34,274 bases of DNA from a virus, in IMG/VR virus record IMGVR_UViG_3300035102_000071. The stretch is one strand, 5' to 3'. The notes under the pieces are model-generated. The model did no database searches and was not told where the DNA came from. It was given only the letters and a program-made list of their open reading frames with translations. A program made the position numbers and the translations under genes. The stretch's first letter is position 1. Each line of letters opens with the position of its first letter. Shown one piece after another: positions 6,464 through 16,480 of the stretch.

Positions 6464-9400
6464 TATTTGCCCCCTGTGAGCGCTGTGGCGCGTTCTGTCT
6501 GTTTATTGATAACCCTATCCCGCAAATCTGGGAACTCTGCTAACATGCGGTCCTGTGCGGCTAAACGGTAATCGCCGATAACGCCCTTGATAACCTCTGA
6601 CTGTAATCCGTCAGGGCCGCTGCTCATATTTTTGAACCCAGGCTGTCCAACGATAGCTTTCAATTCCTCGAAGGCCGGTTGCCCGGCGAGTTCGACGTAT
6701 CGTGAATACTCCTTAGCCGTCAGCTTGACGCCCTGGATTTGCTGCCTTGGCATGGACACGCTGGTCTTGTTGTCCAGTATGGCCTGGTCTACCTGGTTCG
6801 GGTTGTCCGCACTGGCATAAATAGGGGACATGGCATCATATGCCCATCCGATCCTCGAGGCCCTATTGATGTCCCGGCCCCAAAGGTCTTTGCGGGGTGG
6901 CAAGTCCTTCGAATAGCCGGGGACTCTCGACCGGAATTCGTTGGTGATGGCCGCGAGGTATTCGCGGACCGGTTCGGAGATGTTGGGCATATCGGCCACC
7001 AGGGGATCAGCCGCGCTTGTTCGCGTCTGCCTAACCATAGGGTCAAGGGCCTGTGCTACTTGTCTGGTGAGAGAGCTGTATGGGATGAGACTGCCCGCAA
7101 ACTTGAGCAGCCACTTGTCTGGCGTCATGGTCGGGTTTCTGGGGTCCATCGCGCCTATCGCGTCGTACAGCCCTTGAAGGTACGTTTTGCTGGCAAAATT
7201 TTGCGCGAATGCAACAGCCCCGGCAGACACCAAGCGGCCACCTTCTTCTTCATCCAATTGAGAAATTATTTCCGTGATATCGGCTGAAAAACCAATGAGG
7301 GTCCCTATCGGGTCCAGACGGTTGTAGGCGTACCACTTATCTCCGATTTTAAGCGAATACGGCCGCCATCCCTGACGGCGCAAGGATTTTACCTGCTTAT
7401 GATCAGCCGGTCCGGCGCCGGACACCAGCCCGTCAGCGGCGAAATCGCCGACAGTCAACATCAGAGCAGAACCAGAGAGGACCTTGGCCCACGCAGTAGC
7501 TGCCGAGGCACCGCCTTTGCGTATGTCAGACCTTACAGCCCTGGAGGCAAAAGCCAGAGGTGTGCGCTCAAATGTGTATTTGAGTATATTCGCCGGAGTG
7601 CGCATGAAAGGCATGATAAATTTGCCCCCTGGGACTTTGCTGACCAGCCGTTGCAAGGCCTGTCCACGCTCGCCCAACGGGCGCGTAAAGGTCTGATAAC
7701 CGGCGAAGTCGACCCCTTTGTTAATAAGATCATCGGTCGGGTCCAAAGTGAGGTCGGCAATCCGTTCTGCGAGTTCTTTGCCTTCTAGCCCCTCGGACAC
7801 AGCCTGTCGGTACGCCTGCGCGTTGACCTCCATGCGGTATCCGATAGACTTAAAAAGGGAGTCGGTGCGATTTAACAAGCTGCCTGGAGCATTGATAAAC
7901 TTCCCCGAGTAATCAAAAAATTTGCCCCACGCCTTGGCCGGGTCGACCCCAAACGCCTCAGCACTGATGGCGTCTGTATACCCTTCAATCTTGCTGAACT
8001 GCTCAAACACGTCGGCAAGGCCTTCGACCCCTTCGGCCTTCTTGCCTAGGGCAAAAAGTTTTACCCCATCGCGAACGCCCTTCGTGAATCCATACGCCTG
8101 TGCCGCGACTTCCCCGTACTGTATTTCGCCGCGATAAAACACATCCGAAATAGCGGCGGAAAGGTATTTTTCAGGGATAGCCCAGAGAGCGGTTACGCTG
8201 TTCGAGAGCGCGTTGACAAGCTGTGTTTTTGGGCTTGATAGCAAACCGTTAATCCAAGTCTGATAGAATGCATCGCCAAGCTTGGACTTCATGCTCTTTT
8301 GAATTACGAGATTCAACCCTGTGGGGTTGTCCGCTACTTGGACTATGGCCCTTGCCAGTTGCCCGATAGGGGCAGATCCGCCGCTGGAATTCATCAATTG
8401 ATGGATTGCCCCGGCTCTCATTTCGTCAGTACCCGCGGGGATAGCCCATGAACGCAAAGCCCTTGCCGTTTCTGTCCTGGCAGCGAACACTTCGCTCTGA
8501 ATCGCGGAGTGGACGGCCATTGCCCGTCTAAAATTATACATGTCCGCTTTAGTCGCGGAGGGAGAAGAGGCAATCCTCGCAAGATCAGTCAACTGAGACG
8601 CAGATGTATTCAGCACTTCTCGAGCAGCGATAGCTTCCGGGGCGGACATCGGGCCGGGAGCGCGCCCGAGCAAGTCTTCAAGGTTTGTGTAATGCTCTGA
8701 ACTGGCATCAATCATATCCTCGAAGGACATGCGCCCACCAGTTGCTTTCTGAATATCGGATGATTTCAGTTCTGCCATGTTGCGGATCATAGCCTTAACA
8801 TCATCACCGGACTGTATCCTGGAATAATTGATGAAGACCTGATCTTTCGTCTCTGGAAGAACTTCAAACCCCATAGCCTGTTTAACTTCGTCTTCCATTT
8901 GTTTGACACGCAGCACAGCCGCTTCTTCTTCCGACACGGCGGACAAAACCTTAGCCTCTGTGGGCTGTACTTGCCTTATGGCTACATAATCTTCATCCGG
9001 GCGACCGAGACCGGCGGTTATTTCGTCCTCTGCGACAGGCTGTATAAATTCCTTTGCCGAGTCTTCAATGGCATCCTTAGCGGCCTTGTCAGCAGGAGTG
9101 ATGCCTAGATCAGCGGCCTCGAGTTTCAACCGGCGTTGCGCCTTGTAATACTTGAAAGCCCTGCCCAGCCCCTCAGTGGCGATACCAAGGCCAGCCCCTT
9201 CAAGGACGTTCTTCATGCGTCCTTCCCAGGCACTTTGATTCTCTGGATTGGTGTCAGCCAGGTAATCGGGGACGATAGCACCAAGCGCCGGGACTTCATT
9301 CAGGAAGGTGGACAGACGCGCCTCGAATGGATCAAAGGCGACAGCGTCGGCAATCGCGCCAGCCGTCATGGACTGTAAGACAGCACCACCCACACCGAGA

Positions 9401-9957
9401 GCCTTCACGCCACGTGCAGCCGGTATAAACGCCGTCATGAATTGCGATGCGGACCGGATGAACCCGCCCGTAACTGACTTCGGCTCTGCCGTTTCCGGGA
9501 GTCTCGCGGTGCGCTCCACCATGCCCTGTTGGACAAGCTGGCTAACCTCGTCACCGATTAGGATGTCAGGGTCAAATTTACCATCCTTGGTGAGCTGGAA
9601 AAACACTTCCGGGACGCCAATCTGGGACAGGCTCTGTTCAATGTCGACGCCCACATCGAGCATCTCATTGATGGCCTCCGAGAAGCCACCATAAATCTGG
9701 GGGACAGCCTCCCGTGCGCCGGTCAATATGTCACGGGCTACAGAACCAACACCGCCAAGGAATCCGCCGTCCGCCGAACCCGGGTCAGCGTTCGGGGCGT
9801 TATCTACAGTCTGGACAGCGTTGATGTCCTGCGGCTGCCTCTGGGGGGTGTTAAACATCTCCTCAAAGGCGCGCTCAGACTGACGGATTTCTTCGTCTTC
9901 TGTCCGCTTCTTGTATTCTGCGGAGTAATCGTCTTCCGGGCTGACAAGATTCTGCAT
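6463..9957 (-). CDS. Large internal virion / DNA-ejection protein (T7 gp16-like position, 1164 aa)
   Basis: It is the longest ORF, with TAATG coupling at both ends. Its position after two smaller internal proteins follows T7-type order. I recognised no catalytic motif. Confidence 0.7.
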   Translation of the reverse strand: MQNLVSPEDDYSAEYKKRTEDEEIRQSERAFEEMFNTPQRQPQDINAVQTVDNAPNADPGSADGGFLGGVGSVARDILTGAREAVPQIYGGFSEAINEMLDVGVDIEQSLSQIGVPEVFFQLTKDGKFDPDILIGDEVSQLVQQGMVERTARLPETAEPKSVTGGFIRSASQFMTAFIPAARGVKALGVGGAVLQSMTAGAIADAVAFDPFEARLSTFLNEVPALGAIVPDYLADTNPENQSAWEGRMKNVLEGAGLGIATEGLGRAFKYYKAQRRLKLEAADLGITPADKAAKDAIEDSAKEFIQPVAEDEITAGLGRPDEDYVAIRQVQPTEAKVLSAVSEEEAAVLRVKQMEDEVKQAMGFEVLPETKDQVFINYSRIQSGDDVKAMIRNMAELKSSDIQKATGGRMSFEDMIDASSEHYTNLEDLLGRAPGPMSAPEAIAAREVLNTSASQLTDLARIASSPSATKADMYNFRRAMAVHSAIQSEVFAARTETARALRSWAIPAGTDEMRAGAIHQLMNSSGGSAPIGQLARAIVQVADNPTGLNLVIQKSMKSKLGDAFYQTWINGLLSSPKTQLVNALSNSVTALWAIPEKYLSAAISDVFYRGEIQYGEVAAQAYGFTKGVRDGVKLFALGKKAEGVEGLADVFEQFSKIEGYTDAISAEAFGVDPAKAWGKFFDYSGKFINAPGSLLNRTDSLFKSIGYRMEVNAQAYRQAVSEGLEGKELAERIADLTLDPTDDLINKGVDFAGYQTFTRPLGERGQALQRLVSKVPGGKFIMPFMRTPANILKYTFERTPLAFASRAVRSDIRKGGASAATAWAKVLSGSALMLTVGDFAADGLVSGAGPADHKQVKSLRRQGWRPYSLKIGDKWYAYNRLDPIGTLIGFSADITEIISQLDEEEGGRLVSAGAVAFAQNFASKTYLQGLYDAIGAMDPRNPTMTPDKWLLKFAGSLIPYSSLTRQVAQALDPMVRQTRTSAADPLVADMPNISEPVREYLAAITNEFRSRVPGYSKDLPPRKDLWGRDINRASRIGWAYDAMSPIYASADNPNQVDQAILDNKTSVSMPRQQIQGVKLTAKEYSRYVELAGQPAFEELKAIVGQPGFKNMSSGPDGLQSEVIKGVIGDYRLAAQDRMLAEFPDLRDRVINKQTERATALTGGK

Positions 9958-11687
9958 TATTCACCACTCTGTTTAGGCATTGCCTGCTGGGCATCTGTCC
10001 ACATATTCAACAGCCGCAACTGACGGGCGTATGAAGTCTTTGTAATACGGCCGCTCTCAGATGCATTTTTAAGCGCCTGGTAAGTCTTCTGGATGTCTAC
10101 CGTGCCGGGGACAGGGCCGGGGACTGAGAACCTAGGAGCAACAAGGCCAGAAGTGTATGTATTCACACTCTTGGCATCCACCCGATTCTCAATGTCTGTC
10201 CTGACCGCTATCGGGCTTTCTCCCTCACGGACACGCAAGTCATACTCTGTCATGGCATTATTGCGCCTGCGCTCGGCCACCGGGTTAACACGCTCCAGCG
10301 GGCCAGTAACAGCCATGGAATTGTACAGCATCTTTCGCTGTTCAGAGGCCATATCAGGCGCGCCGGTAACCAACTTCGCGTTTTCAGTGAGCAGCTTGGT
10401 CACATCGGACTGTGTCAATTTGTCCCTATTGGCATTGACGAAACTGGTCACGTCCTGACCTTGGTACATCATCGTTTCGGCTTCAACCTTTGTATCCGGG
10501 TCGCTGAAATCAACGCCCGGTGATTCGATCGCCTTGACCATGTTCTTTGATTCTTCATAGCTGAGTTGCCCGGAATTGTACATTACGGTAACTTCATGGA
10601 CAGTCAGCGGCGTGGCACGCATCCCGGTGTCAGGGTCAACGCGCCCTTCTATCCTCGCCCAAGCCTGTATAGCGTTATTTTGCTGATCCTTCTCCAGGAT
10701 CTTCGCGTATTCGTCTTCTTGGCGCGACCTCATCTGATTCTCGAAAGAAAGTTGCCCTTTGGCATAGCGGACTAAATCGTCATACCGCTCATCGCCCAGC
10801 TCGTTCTTGATATTGACGGTCACGGCCTCGCCAGTCGGCTGTCCGTCTGGGCCATATTGATTGATATTGAACTCAAGCTTGCCATCAATCATCTTTTGGA
10901 TAAGTCCGAAGCTAGACCCGTTCTTGTCGATATATCCCTTGACAGCAGACGAATACATGTTGTCGCGCATTGCCTGGATTTGCTTCTGTGTCTCCAGCTT
11001 ACTGAACAGAGGCAACCCGTCAGGACCGATCTGGTTCATTGAGCCTTCAATGCGCTGAATGTCAGACAGCATCCGGCCCATCTGCATGGTGGACTTTTGC
11101 TGATCATCGGAAAACAGCAGAGAGGCGTTTTGCTCGTGGTCCCTGCGCATTACCTCGCCCAACTGGAAAACGTCCGATCTGGCCGAATCTCGCGCCAATC
11201 CGGCGTACTTGTTGGTCACATCAGCAAGGCCAGCCTGCTCCTGCAGCATATACCGCTGTTCGAAGGTAGGGACCAGCCAGGGGGCAACGCCCTGGATCTC
11301 CTCGGACACGCCCCGCATGTACGCCTTTGATGCGGCCATAAACTTGGCTGGATCAGCCGGGTTCTCCTGCTGTATGCGTGTCAGGGCTGCTCTGGACTGC
11401 AATTCTAGACGATTGGTATAGCTCTGGATGGCAGCCCGGTTGAAGGCCTCGCCACTGATGGTATTCTCATCACGTAAACTCGGTGCACCGAAAGCGCCGG
11501 CCTGAACGCCTTCGCGCTGTGCTTGGGTAGAAGCGCGCCTGTCGGCCTCATCAGCCAGAACATTAGCGACATTCGCCAATGAAATGGACGTCTGCCGCCA
11601 TGCGTTAGCTGCGCCAGTGTCGTAATTGATATTAATAGGCCCGGACAAGGACGCCCTGGAGCGTATACCTGTGATGCGTTCTGCCAT
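9957..11687 (-). CDS. Internal virion protein (gp15-like position, 576 aa)
   Basis: I chose the start at ATG 11687 (GAGGCG RBS, 1 nt after the upstream TAA) rather than the track start at 11738. Confidence 0.7.
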   Translation of the reverse strand: MAERITGIRSRASLSGPININYDTGAANAWRQTSISLANVANVLADEADRRASTQAQREGVQAGAFGAPSLRDENTISGEAFNRAAIQSYTNRLELQSRAALTRIQQENPADPAKFMAASKAYMRGVSEEIQGVAPWLVPTFEQRYMLQEQAGLADVTNKYAGLARDSARSDVFQLGEVMRRDHEQNASLLFSDDQQKSTMQMGRMLSDIQRIEGSMNQIGPDGLPLFSKLETQKQIQAMRDNMYSSAVKGYIDKNGSSFGLIQKMIDGKLEFNINQYGPDGQPTGEAVTVNIKNELGDERYDDLVRYAKGQLSFENQMRSRQEDEYAKILEKDQQNNAIQAWARIEGRVDPDTGMRATPLTVHEVTVMYNSGQLSYEESKNMVKAIESPGVDFSDPDTKVEAETMMYQGQDVTSFVNANRDKLTQSDVTKLLTENAKLVTGAPDMASEQRKMLYNSMAVTGPLERVNPVAERRRNNAMTEYDLRVREGESPIAVRTDIENRVDAKSVNTYTSGLVAPRFSVPGPVPGTVDIQKTYQALKNASESGRITKTSYARQLRLLNMWTDAQQAMPKQSGE

Positions 11688-11688
11688 A

Positions 11689-12273
11689 TTATCGCCTCGC
11701 GGCCCTAGATATTCCGATCGCGCCAGTCTGTGCGGCACCAGCTAAGCTACCAACGAGGGAGGACGTCCCCTGGCTTCTCGCTATACTCGCCTGTGTCTGT
11801 CTGGCCGCTGCGCGCATTTCTGCATCGGACCGGGTAATTCCAGTTTCAAATTCAGCCTCGGAAATAGCCTGGATCTTGCCCGTAGCGATACTTCCTGTAG
11901 GGGCCAGACCGGACGCAAACGCGGCGACAGTCTGTGCAGCAAGGTTGTCGTTCAATTCCTGCAATATGCGCAAGGAGTCAAGACGCCCCTGCAGCTTCTC
12001 CTGCTCTGCCTGCTGCTCTGCCAGTTGGGCCTGCTGTTCGGCAACACCCATGCCAGCCAACCCGCTGACTATACCCGCCGCTGAACTGGCTATAAACAGC
12101 CCTGTGGAAAGAGATTCGAGCAACCCGCCACCGGTAGCGCTGGCAGCCATTGCGTTGGCGAGCATACTCCCTGCCGCGCCGGAGACGCTCGTGGCCGCTG
12201 CTGTCCCTGCCGCTGCTGTCCCTGCGGTCGTGGCGCTTGACGTAAATAAAGCCGGTAACATCGTAGCCATCAT
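11689..12273 (-). CDS. Ala/Gly-rich internal virion protein (gp14-like position)
   Basis: Low-complexity A/G/S-rich hydrophobic N-terminal half plus a coiled-coil QQAQLAEQQAEQEKLQ. Its start overlaps the upstream TGA (nozzle stop 12270-12272; ATGs at 12273 and 12270). Confidence 0.7.
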   Translation of the reverse strand: MMATMLPALFTSSATTAGTAAAGTAAATSVSGAAGSMLANAMAASATGGGLLESLSTGLFIASSAAGIVSGLAGMGVAEQQAQLAEQQAEQEKLQGRLDSLRILQELNDNLAAQTVAAFASGLAPTGSIATGKIQAISEAEFETGITRSDAEMRAAARQTQASIARSQGTSSLVGSLAGAAQTGAIGISRAARR

Positions 12274-14456
12274 CCGCCCCTTACTGATATTTCGGCAGCG
12301 ATGCCGAGGATTTTCATATTCAAGCTGTCTTGCTGATAGACGTTAACCTGTCCGAAATCGTCCCACCCCAGGACGCCACGTACGGACGTGTCCCCGGTGA
12401 ACGACGGGATAGGCTGATCCAGCAGGGTTGCCCCAAGTTGCCTGAAGGCGACCAGATTGCGATTAACGTAAAGGCTGGAGGTATCCCTCAGTCTCAAATG
12501 TACTTGCACAATCCTCTTCTTGGTCCCGAAAATCGACCCAGATGACAAATTGGGCTCAACCGGCATGGTCTTTACCCATGTTTCTCGATATACCCCGTCG
12601 CCGCTATCCGTCACATCCGGGAATCTCAGGCCTACCTGATATGTCTCCATGCTGGCACGAGGGAAATCGACCGTGGCATTGCTGGCGACGATGTCCGGTT
12701 GCTGCAAATTGTCGAGGACCGTCCTCACGGTTTCACCGACCAGCTGCGGGACACTGGCATTACTGGCAACGCCAGACCCATTCGTGGCGCAATCGACGTA
12801 CAAATCATCGTCAAAAACCTCAAGGTAGAGCTTCTCAACCCCATTGATAGTGCGCTTGACCGCGAAATACATGTCCTGATCGTCAACCCCGACAGACTTG
12901 AATTCTCCGTCAGTCTCGCACAGCGTCCATGCGTTAATATCCTGCAATCTCAGAGTGCAGAACATCGCCAGCGTGCCGTCACCATTCACCAACAGCACAT
13001 AGTCAGCGTCGTCGGTGCTTGTCGACCGTCTCAAGGCCATATCTACAGGGGATTGCACCAGGTGGGAGGCCAACAAACTCAAGTTTTGTGCGCTATATGC
13101 CGTATCGGTTATCGAGAACAAGAGTTCCCGCAGGGCCTTCCCCCCTCGTTGCAGGAACATGGTTGCCCCGTCGACCTCAACGACCTTAACGCCTTTTTTG
13201 CTTCCCCGGCTGGAAGTCCGTCTAAGGACAAAGTTTTTTGGCGTGACCGCATTTTCATCAGAAATGGGTACGTAGAACTCGCTGGACTCTGAGAAAAGCT
13301 GCAGGTGCCGACCTGCATAGATATTGCAAAAAGCGCAGACATCGTCGGTCTCTGCCGTAACGTCTATGCCATAATCGACATCGGTCAGGGACGTGTCGAA
13401 GTCATTGGGATCACCGCTGCGGCTGCCCCATACGGTTTGGGGCCTGCCGATACTACCCGCCATCATCAATCGGCCTTGGAAGAAAGTGCCAGACACCGGC
13501 CACCCCCGAGCGTCCGACCAGACGTCTTCGCCGCCCTCCCCGTAGTCAAATTGCGGGATGTTGTTTAGCACCCAGGCGAATGGCTGCCACTCGTCGTCCG
13601 CACCTTGCCGCTGAACGGCCAGCGGTTGGTACGTGCCAGTGAACAATAGCAAGGTGTCAAGGTTCTGCGTCCAGTTTATTTCTGGGAGCATCTCCCCGGT
13701 TATGGCCGTGGGGATATCTCGCTGCCAGACCCCGTTTTTGTACACGGCTATATTCCTGTCCGTGGCGACCAACAGATACCGCTGAACAATTGAAAACTGG
13801 AAAGAGATAAGTCTGACCTCGCTGATAGTGCTGGTCATGTCCCACGCTTCAACAGATGCACACCGCGCCAGGGATACACCAAGATCATCAGAGCCGATCC
13901 TGGCGACCCTGGCGTACCTTGTCCCAGACGGCAACTCTCTGCGGTAGTCTTTCAGCGTATCAGTACCGACAGAACGGAAGGCCGACCCGGCGTTGCTCCA
14001 TGTGCTGCCATCCGCGCTATGTTGGACGTAGAACGAATTTATTGACTCAACGGCAGCACCACCATTGGAAAGCAGTCCAAACGACCGTACGTCGAAATAC
14101 CTGGGGTCTGTAGTCGCGGCCCCGAAGTCAACGGAGAATACAACGTATGGGTCAGTCGTGGAAATATTTGTGGTCGTGTCCAGATACGTGGACAAGTCGC
14201 CGTCGATCAGATTGCCGACAGTACCACCATTGACGGCAGTTATTTGCCCGGACGCTATAGCGGCATTAGAAAGGGTATAATTAAGCTGATCACGATAGCC
14301 AAGCCCAGGGCGTCTGCGTGCGCCACCTTGCGGGATAACCAAGACATTGCGCATCTTCTCCGCGCCGTTGTAATATGTCTTGATATCCAGCCTGGCGCGC
14401 AGTTCGGGGTCAAGCTCGCCGCTCGTGAAGTTCGTTTGCACATTGGTGATAGCCAT
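12270..14456 (-). CDS. Tail nozzle / tail tubular protein B-like, with an inserted discoidin-like domain
   Basis: The N-terminus NFTSGELDPELRARLDIKTYYNGAEKMRNVLVIPQGGARRRPG is typical of podovirus nozzle proteins. Residues about 62-206 carry DGDLSTY...SVDFG...QHSADGSTWSNAG (F5/8 type C-like). Confidence 0.75.
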   Translation of the reverse strand: MAITNVQTNFTSGELDPELRARLDIKTYYNGAEKMRNVLVIPQGGARRRPGLGYRDQLNYTLSNAAIASGQITAVNGGTVGNLIDGDLSTYLDTTTNISTTDPYVVFSVDFGAATTDPRYFDVRSFGLLSNGGAAVESINSFYVQHSADGSTWSNAGSAFRSVGTDTLKDYRRELPSGTRYARVARIGSDDLGVSLARCASVEAWDMTSTISEVRLISFQFSIVQRYLLVATDRNIAVYKNGVWQRDIPTAITGEMLPEINWTQNLDTLLLFTGTYQPLAVQRQGADDEWQPFAWVLNNIPQFDYGEGGEDVWSDARGWPVSGTFFQGRLMMAGSIGRPQTVWGSRSGDPNDFDTSLTDVDYGIDVTAETDDVCAFCNIYAGRHLQLFSESSEFYVPISDENAVTPKNFVLRRTSSRGSKKGVKVVEVDGATMFLQRGGKALRELLFSITDTAYSAQNLSLLASHLVQSPVDMALRRSTSTDDADYVLLVNGDGTLAMFCTLRLQDINAWTLCETDGEFKSVGVDDQDMYFAVKRTINGVEKLYLEVFDDDLYVDCATNGSGVASNASVPQLVGETVRTVLDNLQQPDIVASNATVDFPRASMETYQVGLRFPDVTDSGDGVYRETWVKTMPVEPNLSSGSIFGTKKRIVQVHLRLRDTSSLYVNRNLVAFRQLGATLLDQPIPSFTGDTSVRGVLGWDDFGQVNVYQQDSLNMKILGIAAEISVRGG

Positions 14457-14458
14457 CC

Positions 14459-15076
14459 CTACACACCCGCGAATCTGGCGTTAATCAAGGTGAAGTCTTC
14501 CAGCACCTGAGGCGGTGTTTCCTGGCTGTTCCGGCTCTTAGCGTTACCGAACAACCCGCCGTTAAAGTTCTCACTCGGCAGGCCGAACGCCTTCTGGTGC
14601 ATATCCTGGGCAAGATTCTGCTGGTCCGTAATCGGGTAAGCCAGCTTCGCGGCCATCGCATACTCCATGAGTTCCACGAAATACGGGGGCCAGGACGCCT
14701 CGTCCTTATCGGTCTGGTAATCAATCCATACTGCATCGATATCCGTTAACAGCTTGTCGCCCTGAATCTCGAAATTCTTGTATAGGCTCTCGCCCTCAGA
14801 GTTGGAAGCGAAGGCCTTGATAACCCCATTCGTCAACCGGTCGCTGGGGAGCTGATATGCGTACTTCCAATAGCTCACCGGGGCCATAGTTGACCGTGCC
14901 AGTTGCCTCTTGGTTATCGTGAACCGCCAATTATGCCGGGAAAGGATGCTCTCCTTTGTCGGCTCATACAAATTGGCACACAGCGTAGACGCGTCCGTTC
15001 CGTCCTCAAAGGACTGGATAGGACGCGCACCCAGCAGGAGCAATGCGTTGGAACAAATATCGATTGCAGTAGCCAT
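14459..15076 (-). CDS. Head-tail adaptor / tail tubular protein A-like
   Basis: The N-terminus AIDICSNALLLLGARPIQSFEDGTDASTLCANLYEPTKESILSRHNWRF matches the conserved adaptor motif. It sits between the capsid and nozzle genes. Confidence 0.75.
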   Translation of the reverse strand: MATAIDICSNALLLLGARPIQSFEDGTDASTLCANLYEPTKESILSRHNWRFTITKRQLARSTMAPVSYWKYAYQLPSDRLTNGVIKAFASNSEGESLYKNFEIQGDKLLTDIDAVWIDYQTDKDEASWPPYFVELMEYAMAAKLAYPITDQQNLAQDMHQKAFGLPSENFNGGLFGNAKSRNSQETPPQVLEDFTLINARFAGV

Positions 15077-15090
15077 CTAAAACCCCTTTA

Positions 15091-15132
15091 GCGGGGCCAG
15101 GGTGAACGAACGACCGCCCACCCAAGCCCCGC
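15091..15132 (-). terminator. GC-rich hairpin after the capsid genes (terminator or attenuator candidate)
   Basis: GCGGGGC (15091-15097) pairs with GCCCCGC (15126-15132), with an inner GGGTG/CACCC stem. On the minus strand it is followed by TAAAGGGGTTTTAG, which is not a clean U-tract. Confidence 0.3.
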
Positions 15133-15149
15133 ACCGACCAGAAGGGAGC

Positions 15150-15401
15150 TTACAAGTAAAGCGTAATCGCCTTGATAGAGATAGCGGTGCCGGAGTTGCT
15201 GATAGCAGCCAGCTTCCCGCCGTCAGTACCGACGTAGTAGATCAGGTCTCCATCTTCCATCACGCCGCCCACCTCGTCAAAGGTGAAATAGCTGGCACCC
15301 TCAATAGTGATCACAGCGTCAGCACTGGACTGATACGTATGGATATTGATGGTCCCCTTGGAAGAGCCACGGACATCGAGATTGGTCTTGTCAAATGCCA
15401 T
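15150..15401 (-). CDS. Small virion-module protein (83 aa; possible decoration protein)
   Basis: Strong AAGGAGG RBS. It is immediately downstream of the major capsid gene and looks beta-rich. The function is only a positional guess. Confidence 0.6.
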   Translation of the reverse strand: MAFDKTNLDVRGSSKGTINIHTYQSSADAVITIEGASYFTFDEVGGVMEDGDLIYYVGTDGGKLAAISNSGTAISIKAITLYL

Positions 15402-15412
15402 GTTGTGCCTCC

Positions 15413-16255
15413 TTAGACCACGGTTTCGTCAATGGTCACTTCAACGATACCAAGAGCATCGATGGCGACCGCGCCCGCGCTGAACAGACCGTTGGCGAGC
15501 CAGGAGGTCTTCTGCGGGATGTAGTTGATTTCGGTTCTGAAATCGATACCGACAGCCTCACCGACAGCCGCGCTGTGGTAGAAGAAGTTGGTCCGATCAT
15601 TGATGGACAGCGGCAGACCGCCTTCCGCACGATCCTCGATGAACTTGATGTCAAAGCCGAGCCAGCGGAAGATCTCTCCGTCGTACAGGGCCTTGATGGT
15701 GTTCTTGTCGAAGTCGTTCGCGTCATTGTCTCCCAGGAGCTGCTGGAGCCCGATAGCGGAGATAACCGCGTTGCGGCCTTCACCGGGAACGCCCTGCTGG
15801 TTGAGCAGCCCAGAGGCACTGCGCATCTTCGCGGTGTTCATGCCATTGACGCCGCCGACGGTATTGGCGACAGTCAGGGTGGTGGAAGCAGCGTCCATCG
15901 CATCGATGATGAGCTGGTCTTCACGGCGGGTGATAGCACCGGCGATGACTTCGGCCAGCTCCTGCTGCTCGTTGTAGTTCACCTTCTGCTGATCGAAGAT
16001 GTCCGTGTATTCGGGAGCGTTCCAGTCTTCCAGGGTGGCGGTGGCCTTGGTGTGTGCGATGTTCATCGGCACGACATCAGTCTGCGGGACACGCTGGGTG
16101 GCGAGGCCCTTGCCCATCTTCGGGAAACGGTGAGTGGAACCAACAATGCCGGTACGAAGCCGGACGGTGGGACGCAGCTTGCCCATGCCCTGATAAGCAT
16201 GCTTGACCATGCTATCAAAGGAAGCAATCGCGTTCTGGGTGAGATTCTTAGACAT
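15413..16255 (-). CDS. Major capsid protein
   Basis: It follows the scaffold gene, has an AAGGAG RBS, and is preceded by the longest leader in the late arm (225 nt). Assigned by synteny; I did not verify the fold. Confidence 0.7.
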   Translation of the reverse strand: MSKNLTQNAIASFDSMVKHAYQGMGKLRPTVRLRTGIVGSTHRFPKMGKGLATQRVPQTDVVPMNIAHTKATATLEDWNAPEYTDIFDQQKVNYNEQQELAEVIAGAITRREDQLIIDAMDAASTTLTVANTVGGVNGMNTAKMRSASGLLNQQGVPGEGRNAVISAIGLQQLLGDNDANDFDKNTIKALYDGEIFRWLGFDIKFIEDRAEGGLPLSINDRTNFFYHSAAVGEAVGIDFRTEINYIPQKTSWLANGLFSAGAVAIDALGIVEVTIDETVV

Positions 16256-16480
16256 TACGTCTACTCCTTGATTGCGTTTAACCTAACTGAATTCCTAGCC
16301 AATCTTGGATTGCTGCTAGACTTTCTGTCGGGCCGCTAAGGGTTGCCGCAATGTCTATTCAGGTCCTGCACGGGGCGTTTAACGCCCGCCCCGCAAGGCG
16401 GAGAGGAGGATACTATGAAACGTCAACTAACCTTGAAGAGGCTTCATGCGTTTCTCGTTACCACCGTATTATCATTTTTG

